Shown piece by piece: positions 45,567 to 56,501 of a stretch of DNA of 64,000 bases (positions within the stretch are counted from its first letter, which is position 1; each line of letters begins with the position of its first letter). The notes under the pieces are model-generated. The model saw nothing but the letters and a program-made list of their open reading frames with translations, did no database searches and was not told where the DNA came from. Origin of the DNA: Bacteroidia bacterium (GTDB lineage: Bacteria > Bacteroidota > Bacteroidia > J057 > JAIXKT01); the NCBI GenBank assembly GCA_026932145.1, contig JAIXKT010000001.1, positions 45,786-109,785 on the forward strand, read 5' to 3'. The position numbers and the translations under genes are program-made.

Positions 45567-47996
45567 ATGTCTAAAAATCTACTAATTGTTGAATCTCCGG
45601 CTAAAGTTAAGACCATTACTAAATTTTTGGGGGATGATTTTATCGTGAAGTCAAGCATGGGTCATATACGGGATTTACCCGGCGGCGACCATTCCGTTGA
45701 TATTGAAAACGGTTTTAAACCTACCTATGAAGTTTCTTCGGATAAAAAGGAGATTGTAAGAGAGTTAAAGCAATTAGCCAAAAAAGCTGAATTTGTGTGG
45801 TTAGCTTCTGACGAAGACCGCGAAGGAGAAGCTATCTCTTGGCATCTATTTGATACCTTAGAACTTACTCCGGCGAAAACCAAACGAATCGCTTTTCATG
45901 AGATTACCAAATCAGCGGTAGAGCGAGCCATCCAAAATCCCAGAAGTATCAATATGGATTTGGTATTAGCCCAGCAAACCAGACGCATCTTAGACCGCTT
46001 AGTAGGCTTTGAGTTATCACCTATTTTATGGAAAAAAGTAAAAGCAGGGTTATCTGCCGGGCGCGTTCAGTCAGTAGCGGTTCGCTTAATCGTAGAAAGA
46101 GAGCGAGAAATCATAGCCTTTCACTCAATACCTCAGTTTAAAGTTACAGCAGAATTTGATGCTCAGGGAAAAGTACTAAAAGCCGAACTAAATAAACGTT
46201 TTGATACAGAACAAGTTACGTCTGATTTTTTAGAAACCTGCCGGAATGCAGCCTTTCAGGTTGCTAATTTAGAGGTAAAACCCACTAAAAAGACCCCTGC
46301 TCCGCCTTTCACTACTTCTACGTTGCAGCAAGAAGCAAGCCGTAAGTTTGGCTTTTCCGTTAATTTGACAATGCGTTTAGCCCAGTCATTATACGAAAAT
46401 GGCTTCATTACTTATATGCGTACAGACTCGGTAAACTTATCCGAACAAGCCTTAGGCGCAGCACAAGAAACTATAAACCAAGAATTTGGAGAAAAATACC
46501 ATCAATTACGGAGGTATAAAACCAAGACATCCGGTGCCCAAGAAGCCCACGAAGCTATCCGGCCAACCGAATTTGCCCATAAAATTGTTTCTGATGAACG
46601 AAATGAGCAAAAATTATATGAACTTATCCGAAAACGTACCTTAGCCTCACAAATGGCTGATGCCCAGTTAGAAAAAACAATAATTACCATTAACATCCTA
46701 AATCAAAATAAGATACAACCTTTTCAGTTTATCGCTCAAGGCGAAGTAATCCGCTTCGACGGTTTTTTAAAACTTTATTTAGAAAGCCATGATGATGATA
46801 AGGAAGAAGAACTAAACTCCGGACTATTACCAACTGTAACGAAAGATCAATTACTTAACTATAACCAGATTACAGCACAGCAACAATATAACCGTCCGCC
46901 AGCTCGATACACAGAAGCCAGCTTGGTAAAAAAAATGGAAGAACTGGGTATCGGTAGGCCATCAACCTATGCACCCACAATAACCACAATTCAGCACCGA
47001 AACTACGTTCTTAAAGAAGACCGCGAAGCAAAAACCAGACCTATCATCCGCTTTAACCTAAAATCCAAAACCAATTCTATTGAAAAACAACAAGTTACAG
47101 AAAACTACGGAGCAGAAAAAAGTAAATTATTCCCAACTGATATTGGATGTGTGGTAAATGACTTATTGGTAGAATATTTTCAGGATATTATTGATTACAA
47201 ATTTACGGCAAAGGTTGAAGAGGAATTTGACGAGATAGCACACGGACGTAAAGTTTGGAATAAAATGTTAGCCCATTTTTATCAGCCATTTCACGAAAAA
47301 GTTTTAAATACAATAGAAAAAGCCGAACGAAAGTCAGGCGAGCGTTCTCTGGGAATAGACCCTGAATCCGGAGAGCCTGTTACGGTTCGCATTGGCCGTT
47401 TTGGGCCATTGGTTCAGATAGGAGCCGCAGACGGGCCTACAAAACCGCGCTATGCAACGATTACCAAAGGATTTTTAATCGAAACCATTACTTTAGAAGA
47501 AGCATTGAGCTTGTTTCGTCTGCCCAGAATCGTTGGTGAATTTGAAGGAGCACCCCTAAAAACAAACAATGGTCGCTTTGGACCCTACATCATCTATGGT
47601 AAAAATGAGTTTTGCTCACTCCCTAAAAACTATGACTTATTAACAGTTTCAGCAGAAAGTTGCATCGAAATCATTCAGGCAAAAAGAGAATCAGATGCAG
47701 CCAAAACAATACGAGAATTTCCAGAAATAAACGCTAAATTGATGCAAGGAAGATGGGGGCCTTACCTAAAAGCAGGGAAAGAATCTATCAAACTTCCCAA
47801 AAACATTGTTCCGGAGTCTTTGTCGCTAAATGACTGTGAGCAGCTAATATCCAGCCACTTAGAAAAACAAGGAACTACTAAATCAAAAGCTAAGAGTACA
47901 GGGAAAAAAACTACACAGAAAGAGGACTCCGCTCCAAACGTTCCTGAGAAAAAAACCAAAGCACCCAGTTCCAAAACACCTAAATCTAAAAAGTAG
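45567..47996 (+). CDS. topA: DNA topoisomerase I
   Basis: TOPRIM start LLIVESPAKVKTITKFLG, the active-site region ITYMRTDS, and a lysine-rich C-terminal tail. Confidence 0.95.
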   Translation: MSKNLLIVESPAKVKTITKFLGDDFIVKSSMGHIRDLPGGDHSVDIENGFKPTYEVSSDKKEIVRELKQLAKKAEFVWLASDEDREGEAISWHLFDTLELTPAKTKRIAFHEITKSAVERAIQNPRSINMDLVLAQQTRRILDRLVGFELSPILWKKVKAGLSAGRVQSVAVRLIVEREREIIAFHSIPQFKVTAEFDAQGKVLKAELNKRFDTEQVTSDFLETCRNAAFQVANLEVKPTKKTPAPPFTTSTLQQEASRKFGFSVNLTMRLAQSLYENGFITYMRTDSVNLSEQALGAAQETINQEFGEKYHQLRRYKTKTSGAQEAHEAIRPTEFAHKIVSDERNEQKLYELIRKRTLASQMADAQLEKTIITINILNQNKIQPFQFIAQGEVIRFDGFLKLYLESHDDDKEEELNSGLLPTVTKDQLLNYNQITAQQQYNRPPARYTEASLVKKMEELGIGRPSTYAPTITTIQHRNYVLKEDREAKTRPIIRFNLKSKTNSIEKQQVTENYGAEKSKLFPTDIGCVVNDLLVEYFQDIIDYKFTAKVEEEFDEIAHGRKVWNKMLAHFYQPFHEKVLNTIEKAERKSGERSLGIDPESGEPVTVRIGRFGPLVQIGAADGPTKPRYATITKGFLIETITLEEALSLFRLPRIVGEFEGAPLKTNNGRFGPYIIYGKNEFCSLPKNYDLLTVSAESCIEIIQAKRESDAAKTIREFPEINAKLMQGRWGPYLKAGKESIKLPKNIVPESLSLNDCEQLISSHLEKQGTTKSKAKSTGKKTTQKEDSAPNVPEKKTKAPSSKTPKSKK

Positions 47997-48046
47997 GTTT
48001 TAATCAAACTTATCGTCCATATTTGTTGTAACCCTGCTATCCAATT

Positions 48047-48754
48047 ATGAATTCAGAACAGGTTGTGATTGTAACCGGAGCGTTTTCTGGAATTGGCTTG
48101 ATGACTACAGAGCTACTCATGAAATCCAAAAATAAGGTAGTTGCGGTAGGTCGGAATCAGCAAAATATATTTCCCAGTTTTAAGACCAATTTTTTGCCCA
48201 TTGCTCGTAACTTACATTCACAACGAGATGCGCAAGATGTTGTAGAATTTGCCTTAGAACGATTTGGCCGTATTGATGCAGTTATTCATGCAGCCGGCAA
48301 AGGATTGTTTAAGCCCTCAATGGAGCAAACGCAGCCAGATTTTGAAAGAATGTTTGCAGATAATTTTTATGGTGCAGCATTATTATCGCAAGCAATACTC
48401 CCCTATTTTGTTCAGAATAAAAGTGGTACACAGGTTTTTTTGTTGCCGATACTTTCTTCGGATTCTGCCCGACTATATGGAGCAGCCCACTATTCAGCCA
48501 AAATGGCACTATCAGGTTACATCGAATCAATCCGTTATGAGGCGCAGAAACATCTTATCAAACTTTCGGTGCTGGAAGTTGCACAAACCCAAACATCTTT
48601 TTGGGGAGAACTAAAGCAACCATTTGTTAATCAACCTTTTTTTTCCCGTTTAGATGTAGCTAAAGCTATTCTTTCGGTGGTTACTCAACCCACTACCCTT
48701 ACTTTTAATCATTTAGTTTTGTATCCAAATACAGAAAATAGCTTACCGAAATAA
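48047..48754 (+). CDS. Short-chain dehydrogenase/reductase (SDR)
   Basis: VTGAFSGIGL cofactor motif and a YSAKMA catalytic Tyr-x3-Lys. Confidence 0.8.
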   Translation: MNSEQVVIVTGAFSGIGLMTTELLMKSKNKVVAVGRNQQNIFPSFKTNFLPIARNLHSQRDAQDVVEFALERFGRIDAVIHAAGKGLFKPSMEQTQPDFERMFADNFYGAALLSQAILPYFVQNKSGTQVFLLPILSSDSARLYGAAHYSAKMALSGYIESIRYEAQKHLIKLSVLEVAQTQTSFWGELKQPFVNQPFFSRLDVAKAILSVVTQPTTLTFNHLVLYPNTENSLPK

Positions 48755-48769
48755 TAATCTTGACGTTAC

Positions 48770-49672
48770 TTGGACAAACAACTGCCTTTTTTTAAAAGCC
48801 CTTATTTTCAGTTACACCTTTCTGTTTTTTTATTTGGCTTTACTGCAATTTTAGGGGCATCGGCTGATTTATCCTCATTTTGGTTAGTATGGCACCGATG
48901 TTGGCTCGCTATTATAGGTTTTGCCGTTATCGGAATTATCAGAAATGGAGATAGCTTTTTTACCTTTCGGAATCCTGTCAGATTAATCTTTATTGGAGGG
49001 ATATTAGCCTTACATTGGCTGCTGTTTTTTCTATCCATTAGGTTATCTTCAGCATCAATAACGTTGGCTTGTTTAGGTACAGGGACTTTATTTACAGCAT
49101 TATTAGAGCCTGTTTTTTTACCCGAACGTAAACTTCATTGGGTTGAAATTTTAGTTAGCGGCATTGTCTTAGCTGGCTTATTGTTAATCTATCAAGTAGA
49201 TGCAGAATTTAGTCTTGGAATTTTAGTAGCATTATTAAGTACCTTATTATCATCATTATACAGTGTTTTAAATAAAAAATATATTACCCATTTAGATACA
49301 GTTTATGTAAATTTTATGGAGTTATGGGGGAGTTTTGGAGTAGTTTCCTTATGTATTCCGATACTATTTTGGCTTAACGAACCTATTGAGTTATTTCCCT
49401 CCCAACAAGATTGGGGTTTATTGCTCATATTGGCTTGGCTTTGTACTTGCTTTGCTTACATACTGTCTATTAACGCATTAAAGAAAGTTTCTGCCTTTAC
49501 GTACATATTGTCTGTTAATATGGAGCCGGTTTATGGTATTTTGATGGCTTGGATTTTGTTAGGAGAAAAGGATGTTGTACATTTGAGTTTCATCTTAGGA
49601 ACTATGTTAATTCTTTCTTCGGTAATTGTGTATCCATGGCTAAAAACAAAGATAACGGCATCCTCAAAATAG
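48770..49672 (+). CDS. EamA/DMT-family transporter
   Basis: About 10 TM segments in two EamA-like halves. The start is a TTG as called by the track and is uncertain. Confidence 0.6.
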   Translation: MDKQLPFFKSPYFQLHLSVFLFGFTAILGASADLSSFWLVWHRCWLAIIGFAVIGIIRNGDSFFTFRNPVRLIFIGGILALHWLLFFLSIRLSSASITLACLGTGTLFTALLEPVFLPERKLHWVEILVSGIVLAGLLLIYQVDAEFSLGILVALLSTLLSSLYSVLNKKYITHLDTVYVNFMELWGSFGVVSLCIPILFWLNEPIELFPSQQDWGLLLILAWLCTCFAYILSINALKKVSAFTYILSVNMEPVYGILMAWILLGEKDVVHLSFILGTMLILSSVIVYPWLKTKITASSK

Positions 49673-50523
49673 CCTATTTAATTACTTGTTTTTTTTTAAA
49701 TTGCTTATATTCAACTATAAACGCTCAGCACTTAGTGCTGAAAGATTCTGCTATGCTTTCAGCACGGGGGAAAGTTTTAAGCCAAGATACTTACGGAAAT
49801 ATATATCTGCTTACGCAAAAAAATCAGCTATGTAAATTGTTTTCTACGTGGGATTCTGTGTATTGCATAGGCGGGCGCGGAACGAGCGAAGAAGCGTTAT
49901 TAGACCCAAATGCAATTTGTGCTACCTCTCAACAAAGCATTTACGTTTTGGATGCCGCCCCACGTAGAATAGTTTTGTTTAACTATAATTTAAAGCCGGC
50001 ACGTGAAGTCCGGTTTATTGACCTTGAAAATGACCCAAACTTTACCGAAAATCCCACTATAATTCCCAAATCTTTTGTTGTAGGCCCCGGCGGGGACTTA
50101 TTTTTGCTCAATTCCTTTGATAACAAGATTTTAAAATTCAATTCTAATGGCCGTTTAGATGCCCAATTCGGCGGCGTAGATTATGGGCAAGGACGGCTAC
50201 TTTCTCCCAATGAATTGTATATCGCTCAAGACTATACTGTTTGGGTTACGGATACTCTTAGCCAACAAATTATCCAATTTGATTATTATGGCACTTGGAT
50301 ACAGAACTGGAAACCGGCTATTCCCTTTAAGTGGAATAGAGCTAAATTATCCGAAAAAAAATGGCTGTTCTGGAACGAACAGTATTTAACATTATATCAA
50401 ATAGATAAGCCTAATACCCAAAACTTCCAGCTACCTTGTGTAGCTAACGATTTAGAAACACAGCAGAATAGCTTAATTTTATTAAATAATACGAAAATTT
50501 ACAGATTGTTGATTTCTAAATAA
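49636..50523 (+). CDS. Secreted hypothetical protein with NHL/beta-propeller-like repeats
   Basis: Signal peptide follows the ATG at 49636. Repeated blades of the form xxIYVLDxxxxRIxxF/xxGDLFLLNSFDNKILKF/xxVWVTDTLSQQIIQF are present. Confidence 0.5.
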   Translation: MAKNKDNGILKIAYLITCFFLNCLYSTINAQHLVLKDSAMLSARGKVLSQDTYGNIYLLTQKNQLCKLFSTWDSVYCIGGRGTSEEALLDPNAICATSQQSIYVLDAAPRRIVLFNYNLKPAREVRFIDLENDPNFTENPTIIPKSFVVGPGGDLFLLNSFDNKILKFNSNGRLDAQFGGVDYGQGRLLSPNELYIAQDYTVWVTDTLSQQIIQFDYYGTWIQNWKPAIPFKWNRAKLSEKKWLFWNEQYLTLYQIDKPNTQNFQLPCVANDLETQQNSLILLNNTKIYRLLISK

Positions 50524-50741
50524 TTAAACAATATCAGAAATTAGCATTCTATTTTGTTTAAAGTTTTAGTTTAAGTCGAGCAAGGTAATTTATTCATAAT
50601 AAATATGAATTAGCAAATAATTTATTGACCTAAGAGAATTGTTTTATTTTAAAAAAACGGCATATTTGTCTTTGTCAAGAGTTTAGCTTAAAAATGTTAA
50701 TTTGTGGAAATTTCTTTGTTACAAAATGGCGCAGTAGCTAT

Positions 50742-50749
50742 TACTTTTG
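50742..50749 (+). promoter_or_regulatory. -7 promoter box TACTTTTG upstream of dnaN
   Basis: Exact TAnnTTTG match, 26 nt upstream of the ATG at 50776. Confidence 0.45.
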
Positions 50750-50775
50750 TGGAATATTTTTACCGTTAAAAAAGC

Positions 50776-51903
50776 ATGAAGTTCATTATTTCATCTTCCG
50801 AATTATTACAACAAGTAGGCTTAGTTGTTGGGGTTGTACCGGCGAAGGCAGTTGTTCCAATCATTCAAAATCTGCTATTTGAGGTTACCGATAAGCGACT
50901 AACCATAACTGCCACAGATTTAGAGAACACGATGCACACAACAACGGCTGTAGAAGCCGAAGAAGATAGCCGTAAAGTTTGCTTACCAGCAAAACTCATA
51001 TTAGATATTTTAAAAGCTATTGATAATCAGCCAATTACAATCACTATTCCAGAAAATAGCTTTGTATGTGAAGTTACAACTTTAAACGGTAAATACAAAA
51101 TCAGTGGTGAAAACGGCGAAGATTTTCCCCGAATAACCCTTCCGGAAAATACCCGTTCCGTTCAAATGCCGATGCCCTACTTAGTTCGAGCTATCGAAAA
51201 AACACTGTTTGCCGCTTCAACAGATGAACATAGGCCGGCAATGAACGGTATGTTGTTCAACTTTAAAGAAAAAAGTGCCACTTTCGTAGCCACAGACGCA
51301 ACACGCTTGGTTAAATATCAACGCACTGATATTGAGAGCGATTCAGAATTTAAGTTTATATTACCGCCTAAGGCACTAAAACTCTTAAAAGGCTCCGCAA
51401 GCGGCTCTGCCGAACTGATACGCATAGACTTTAACGACAGAAACGCTGTTTTTAATATCGGAAGTATCATGTTGGTATGCCAGTTAATTGACGATAGATA
51501 CCCGGAATATGAAGCCGTAATCCCAATTCAAAGCCCTAATCGCTTGATTGTAAATAAAAAAGACTTTATATCTTCATTAAAACGTTTAATTATCTTTGCC
51601 AACAAAACCTCTCATCTATCTCGATTTAAACTTATTGGTAACTCTATAGAACTTACTGCCGAAGACCAAGATTTAGCAAACGAAGCCAAAGAGACTTTAC
51701 ACGGCCTTTATGAAGGTGAAGAATTAGAAATCGGCTTTAACTCCCAAATGATTCAAGAAATTATTACAAACACAGATACAGAAGACGTAATATTAGAGCT
51801 TGGCACTCCGGGGCGAGCAGTGATTATTTTACCGACAACCCAAGAAGCAAACGAAAATGTATTGATGCTCGCAATGCCCAGTATGTTAAATAGCTCTTAC
51901 TAA
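50776..51903 (+). CDS. dnaN: DNA polymerase III beta sliding clamp
   Basis: MKFIISSSELLQQV start and a three-domain length of 375 aa. The DATRLV and RYPEYEAVIP motifs are present. Confidence 0.95.
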   Translation: MKFIISSSELLQQVGLVVGVVPAKAVVPIIQNLLFEVTDKRLTITATDLENTMHTTTAVEAEEDSRKVCLPAKLILDILKAIDNQPITITIPENSFVCEVTTLNGKYKISGENGEDFPRITLPENTRSVQMPMPYLVRAIEKTLFAASTDEHRPAMNGMLFNFKEKSATFVATDATRLVKYQRTDIESDSEFKFILPPKALKLLKGSASGSAELIRIDFNDRNAVFNIGSIMLVCQLIDDRYPEYEAVIPIQSPNRLIVNKKDFISSLKRLIIFANKTSHLSRFKLIGNSIELTAEDQDLANEAKETLHGLYEGEELEIGFNSQMIQEIITNTDTEDVILELGTPGRAVIILPTTQEANENVLMLAMPSMLNSSY

Positions 51904-51936
51904 ATTAGATTGGCATTATTTCTGTATAAAAAATTC

Positions 51937-52617
51937 ATGCTTTGGATAAAACACACATTATTTTGGATCGCTCTTTTAACAACGGGTATTGCTTTTGGGC
52001 AGCATGACGGAACGGCTTTCTCAAAACCGGATGTTCCTGAATTTGAGGGAACTATCAACTATTCTATAGCCATAACCGGAAAAAACGCCAAAGGATTTGC
52101 AGCAGACGAACCAATACAAAAAATGGATCAACATTATAGAAAAGGAGATTTTATCATACAACTCTATGAAGGCTCATTTCCTACCTCTATTTTATACATT
52201 TTGGATTCTAATAAAGTCTATTACATAGATGCAGCCAATAAAAGATACTTTCTAAAAGATAAATATCAGTACACTAAAAAAGATACCATTCCAATAGCTG
52301 TAAAAAAATCGGAAGAACAAATAATCTTGGGTCACAAATGCTCTACTTGGGAGGTTACTAAGGGTAGCGAAACCACAACATATTACGTTTCAGATAAAAT
52401 CTATGTAGATATTAGCCATTTCAAGAAGAAGCCCAGAACCAAAGCTATCTTTCTGATAAAAGGCTTAGACGGCAGAATACCACTCAAAACAATCCGTAAA
52501 ACTCCTGACTTAACCATAACAACTACCGCTACCCGGCTTTTGCCAAAAGCATTAGATATTCAGAATTTCAGAATTCCTAAAGACTTTAAGCGACATATAA
52601 GAGATTGGCGGCGTTAG
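51937..52617 (+). CDS. Secreted hypothetical protein (possibly DUF4412-like)
   Basis: Signal peptide follows the ATG at 51937. The protein is beta-rich and I see no catalytic motifs. The family call is weak. Confidence 0.4.
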   Translation: MLWIKHTLFWIALLTTGIAFGQHDGTAFSKPDVPEFEGTINYSIAITGKNAKGFAADEPIQKMDQHYRKGDFIIQLYEGSFPTSILYILDSNKVYYIDAANKRYFLKDKYQYTKKDTIPIAVKKSEEQIILGHKCSTWEVTKGSETTTYYVSDKIYVDISHFKKKPRTKAIFLIKGLDGRIPLKTIRKTPDLTITTTATRLLPKALDIQNFRIPKDFKRHIRDWRR

Positions 52618-52619
52618 CA

Positions 52620-53783
52620 ATGGGTAATTATTTATTCAGTAATCCATCGTTCAAATTGGGTATTTTAGGCGGCGGGCAGCTTGGTAAAATGCTCTTGCAG
52701 GTGTGCAATTCATGGGATATTCACACAGAAGTTTTAGACCCCTATAAAGAACCTCCTGCCCGATTTTTATGCCAAAAATACCATCAAGGAGATTATACTG
52801 ATTATCAAACAGTTAAAAAGTTTGGGCAAAATCTTGATTTAATAACCATAGAAATTGAAAACGTAAATACGGATGCCCTCAATTCATTGCAAAATCAGGG
52901 AAAATTAATATCACCTAATCCGGCAACCGTAGCAACTATTCAAGATAAAGGTAACCAAAAATCTTTTTTCTTCAGAAATAATTTACCTACTGCCCCCTGC
53001 CGTTTTTTTACAAATGCCCATGAAATTCATATCAGCATACAGAAGCAGCAGATTAATTTTCCATTTGTACAGAAATTACGTACAGGCGGATATGACGGTT
53101 ACGGAGTACAAGTGATTCATAATCAGGGAAATTTGAATAAACTATTCGATGCTCCAAGTATCGTAGAGCCGCTTGTTTCTATCCAAAAAGAACTTTCTGT
53201 AATCATCGCCCGAAGCCGGTCAGGAGAAATTAAAGTATTTCCTATGGTTGAAATGGTTTTTCACCCAACAGCTAATTTGGTTGAATACTTACTTTGCCCC
53301 GCCCATGTTTCAGATTCGGTAGTTAAAGATGCCAATGATATTGCCCACACATTGGTAGAATCACTGTCTTTTGTGGGTCTTTTAGCAGTAGAGTTTTTTT
53401 TAACGGATAACAACGAGTTACTTATCAACGAAATAGCTCCACGCCCGCACAACAGCGGTCATCATACAATTGAATCCTGCGTAACCAGCCAATATGAACA
53501 ACTGCTACGAGCTATTTTAGGATTCCCTTTAGGAAGCACTAAGTTACGTACACCGGCTGTAATGCTCAATATTTTGGGAGAAGATGGGCACGACGGAAAT
53601 GTAAAATATCTTGGAATCCCGGAATGCCTAAACATTGAAGGAGTAAAAATTCATGTTTATGGTAAAAAACATATCCGCCCGTTCCGAAAAATGGGGCACG
53701 TAACCATCGTGGACGAAAACTTAGAACACGCCATCCAAAAAGCAGAACAAGTTAAACAATTACTGAAAGCAGTTTCTGCATAA
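52620..53783 (+). CDS. purK: N5-carboxyaminoimidazole ribonucleotide synthase
   Basis: ILGGGQLGKM, an ATP-grasp core, and NEIAPRPHNSGHHT. Confidence 0.9.
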   Translation: MGNYLFSNPSFKLGILGGGQLGKMLLQVCNSWDIHTEVLDPYKEPPARFLCQKYHQGDYTDYQTVKKFGQNLDLITIEIENVNTDALNSLQNQGKLISPNPATVATIQDKGNQKSFFFRNNLPTAPCRFFTNAHEIHISIQKQQINFPFVQKLRTGGYDGYGVQVIHNQGNLNKLFDAPSIVEPLVSIQKELSVIIARSRSGEIKVFPMVEMVFHPTANLVEYLLCPAHVSDSVVKDANDIAHTLVESLSFVGLLAVEFFLTDNNELLINEIAPRPHNSGHHTIESCVTSQYEQLLRAILGFPLGSTKLRTPAVMLNILGEDGHDGNVKYLGIPECLNIEGVKIHVYGKKHIRPFRKMGHVTIVDENLEHAIQKAEQVKQLLKAVSA

Positions 53784-54317
53784 ATGAGAAAATTAACAAC
53801 TTACGAGATAGAACAACTACATGATGCAGCTCTAAAACCAACTATTAAAACTCCGATTGTAGTAGTTTTAGAAAATATCCGCAGCCTGCATAATGTAGGG
53901 TCAATTTTCAGAAGTGCCGATGCCTTTAATATTCAGAAAATATTTTTATGTGGAATTACCGGCATCCCCCCCCACCGAGAAATCCAAAAAACAGCCCTTG
54001 GTGCAACCGAAACAGTAGATTGGGAATTTTACAACCATACCCAAGATTGCATAAGCAATTTAAAAAAAGATAATTACAAAATAATTGCCGTAGAGCAAAC
54101 AGACCAAAGTATTGATATTTCTCGGTTAAGCATTCTCCCTAAGCAGTCATTAGCATTTATTTTGGGAAATGAAGTTAATGGCATTTCAGCAGAAATCCTT
54201 GAACTCTGTGATGCCGCCGTTTCCATCCAACAATACGGAGATAAACATAGCTTAAATGTATCCGTAGCCGCCGGAATTGTGTTTTTTAGCATCCTGCAAA
54301 AATTAACAGACCAATAA
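53784..54317 (+). CDS. SpoU/TrmH-family RNA 2'-O-methyltransferase
   Basis: NVGSIFRSADAF, LGNEVNGIS and SLNVSVAAGIV SPOUT motifs. Confidence 0.8.
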   Translation: MRKLTTYEIEQLHDAALKPTIKTPIVVVLENIRSLHNVGSIFRSADAFNIQKIFLCGITGIPPHREIQKTALGATETVDWEFYNHTQDCISNLKKDNYKIIAVEQTDQSIDISRLSILPKQSLAFILGNEVNGISAEILELCDAAVSIQQYGDKHSLNVSVAAGIVFFSILQKLTDQ

Positions 54318-54449
54318 TTAGATGTGAATTTTACGGTTAAAGTATTGTTAAGTAATAATAACTTCTGAATCGTAACAAATTATCTAATAAAACCTGCAAA
54401 GAACGAAAATGTGCAAAAAATATTTTTGTTTCAACAAACAAAATGTAAG

Positions 54450-54457
54450 TAACTTTG
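54450..54457 (+). promoter_or_regulatory. -7 promoter box TAACTTTG
   Basis: Exact TAnnTTTG match. The track's TTG start at 54455 lies inside this box, which argues for the ATG at 54494. Confidence 0.5.
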
Positions 54458-54493
54458 CAACGAATTAACCTACTTAATACAAGATACGGTGTT

Positions 54494-56437
54494 ATGCTAT
54501 TACCCATAAGAAATTTTGGAATAAAATTATTTTCGCTACTAACGGTTAGTTATCTGCTTAGTGGATGCGGCCCGGAAGGTTTGATAAACAAGACGAAATA
54601 CAACGGAAAAAAAGTTACTAACACTTGTAAGAACTTTGAAACCGAAGCAAAAGCGATGCTTGCCTCAAATATGGGACAAACGACCCTCCGCGTAAGTGAA
54701 TATGATAACTCTCAGTTTGACTATTTCTACTTAGAACCCGGTCAGTACGAAATAAAAGGAGACACCTTGTATTTCAGAATGATCGGCGACATGGAGTACG
54801 GAAAATATTTGACCAAAGGAGTAGCTGTTCATGTAACAGCCGAGTATTCATCACAAGAACATCTGAAAAATATTGAATCAGAACCCCAAGGACAATTGGG
54901 AATGCTCGTTATTGATGAGACTTACTACAAGGCAAATAACACACCGTTTTTCTTGTATAAGATTCCGGTCGGCAAAAAATTAGATGGCCGGCAGGTAATC
55001 CTGAAGTTCTCAATCGTTCAATACAAAAAAGGAAAAGTAGCTAAGGTATTTTGCAATACAGTGGAAGTTCCACTAGGCCCAATGGAGCCAAACTGCTGCA
55101 CAGACCAACCTTGGGAGCAGGCTAATACCGGTTCATTGGTAATACTACCAGATATTAACATTAAAGATGAAAACTACCGCTATAAGGGATTTCAAGGAAC
55201 ATTAGACCTTATCTTCCCGATGAGTTCAACCAAGTTTAATGAAAACGAATTAACAGACGTTATCACAAACTACTTAGCCAAATACGAAGCCGAAGGCTTT
55301 AAGGCAAATACCATTAACATTGAAGGTTATGCTTCACAAGGCGGAACGGAAGAATTTAACCAAAAACTTTCAGAAGCACGCTCTCTTGCTGTCTTTAATG
55401 ACCTAACGAAAAAAATGCCTAAAGAAAAGGCTGAAACAATCAAAATTGAATATTCCGGTAAAGGTGAAGATTGGGAACGCTTTGACCTACTCACCAAAAC
55501 AGCCGTAATGACTGATGAAGAGCGTAAGCAGGTTCTAACTATATCCGCTTCCAGTGCCACCAAAGATGAAAAAGAAGCAGAACTCCGTAAACTGCCCCAT
55601 TGGGATAAACTCGTAAAAGAAGTATTGGAAAACTGCCGTCATACATTCATCACCTTTACTTTCGATTATCAACCGGATAAAATGTACACCGAAATGTATC
55701 CCTCCAAAATGCCGGTTATCTCTCCTGAATTGTATAACGTAGCAACCAAAAAAATGACCATTGGTAAATACATAAAAGGAACTGATGCTCAAAAAGGACT
55801 GCGTGTACTTAATATGTTGATTCCAAATAATGAAAAAGCTAACCTATTTGCAATGCGCTGCACCTACTTATTTGGTATCAACGACATAGCCTCTGCTATT
55901 AAAGACATTGAAAAAGCACAATCCTTAGATAAAAATAACCAAGACTATGCTATGGCTTCTTTGGCTTTCAAAACTAAATTTGCCAGCAACTATTCCCTTG
56001 ATGAACGCATGAAAATGCTTGATGCTTACAATGACTATGCTATAAAATACCCCAACAACAAAGGCTTGTATTTCAACCGTGCTGTGATGATGGAAAAAGT
56101 AGGTTTTATTTCCGGTGCCTTAGCTGAATATTCAAACTTAATTACAGAATCTTCCAAAACAGCTACAGGACTAAATAACCGCGGTGTAGCAGAGCTAAAA
56201 ACCAATCGTTTTGCAGAAGCAGAGGCAGATTTTAAAGAAGCTATCTCCTTAGACCCCTCACAAGCTGAACCATATTTTAACCTTGCTTTAATTTATGCTT
56301 ACAAAGGACTTCCAGATAAATGTGTAGAAAACTTAGATAAAGCCATTGAAATTAACCCTAAGTATAAAGATGACGTTATGACGAATCCGGTTTTCTCTGT
56401 AATGCGTGATAACCCAAAATTCAGTAAATACAAATAA
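54494..56437 (+). CDS. OmpA-domain / TPR-repeat lipoprotein
   Basis: Lipobox LLSGC. The OmpA-like segment is INIEGYASQGGTEEFNQKLSEARSLAV. C-terminal TPR repeats include AEADFKEAISLDPSQAEPYFNLALIY. Confidence 0.75.
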   Translation: MLLPIRNFGIKLFSLLTVSYLLSGCGPEGLINKTKYNGKKVTNTCKNFETEAKAMLASNMGQTTLRVSEYDNSQFDYFYLEPGQYEIKGDTLYFRMIGDMEYGKYLTKGVAVHVTAEYSSQEHLKNIESEPQGQLGMLVIDETYYKANNTPFFLYKIPVGKKLDGRQVILKFSIVQYKKGKVAKVFCNTVEVPLGPMEPNCCTDQPWEQANTGSLVILPDINIKDENYRYKGFQGTLDLIFPMSSTKFNENELTDVITNYLAKYEAEGFKANTINIEGYASQGGTEEFNQKLSEARSLAVFNDLTKKMPKEKAETIKIEYSGKGEDWERFDLLTKTAVMTDEERKQVLTISASSATKDEKEAELRKLPHWDKLVKEVLENCRHTFITFTFDYQPDKMYTEMYPSKMPVISPELYNVATKKMTIGKYIKGTDAQKGLRVLNMLIPNNEKANLFAMRCTYLFGINDIASAIKDIEKAQSLDKNNQDYAMASLAFKTKFASNYSLDERMKMLDAYNDYAIKYPNNKGLYFNRAVMMEKVGFISGALAEYSNLITESSKTATGLNNRGVAELKTNRFAEAEADFKEAISLDPSQAEPYFNLALIYAYKGLPDKCVENLDKAIEINPKYKDDVMTNPVFSVMRDNPKFSKYK

Positions 56438-56456
56438 TCAATTTCTCTTATAATTG

Positions 56457-56482
56457 AAAAAGCCGCCGAAAAGCGGCTTTTT
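56457..56482 (+). terminator. Rho-independent terminator
   Basis: AAAAAGCCGC-CGAAAA-GCGGCTTTTT. A GC-rich 6-bp core is extended by A/T pairs and runs into a T-tract. Confidence 0.75.
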
Positions 56483-56501
56483 CAATTTATTCCAAGAAAA
56501 A

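Noticed and set aside
50702-50752. Two TGTGGAA-containing DnaA-box-like sequences upstream of dnaN.
   Set aside because: They match the consensus at only 7 of 9 positions, dnaA is not adjacent, and the second overlaps the predicted -7 promoter box. This is insufficient to call an origin or DnaA regulation.
54455-54493. N-terminal extensions produced by upstream TTG or alternative starts in the track (54455, 56454, 58709, 17126, 17290, 49549, 51910, 52605, 43041, 29611).
   Set aside because: The extensions run through promoter -7 boxes, a terminator (56457-56482) or the upstream gene. Downstream ATGs give proper signal peptides or canonical family N-termini.
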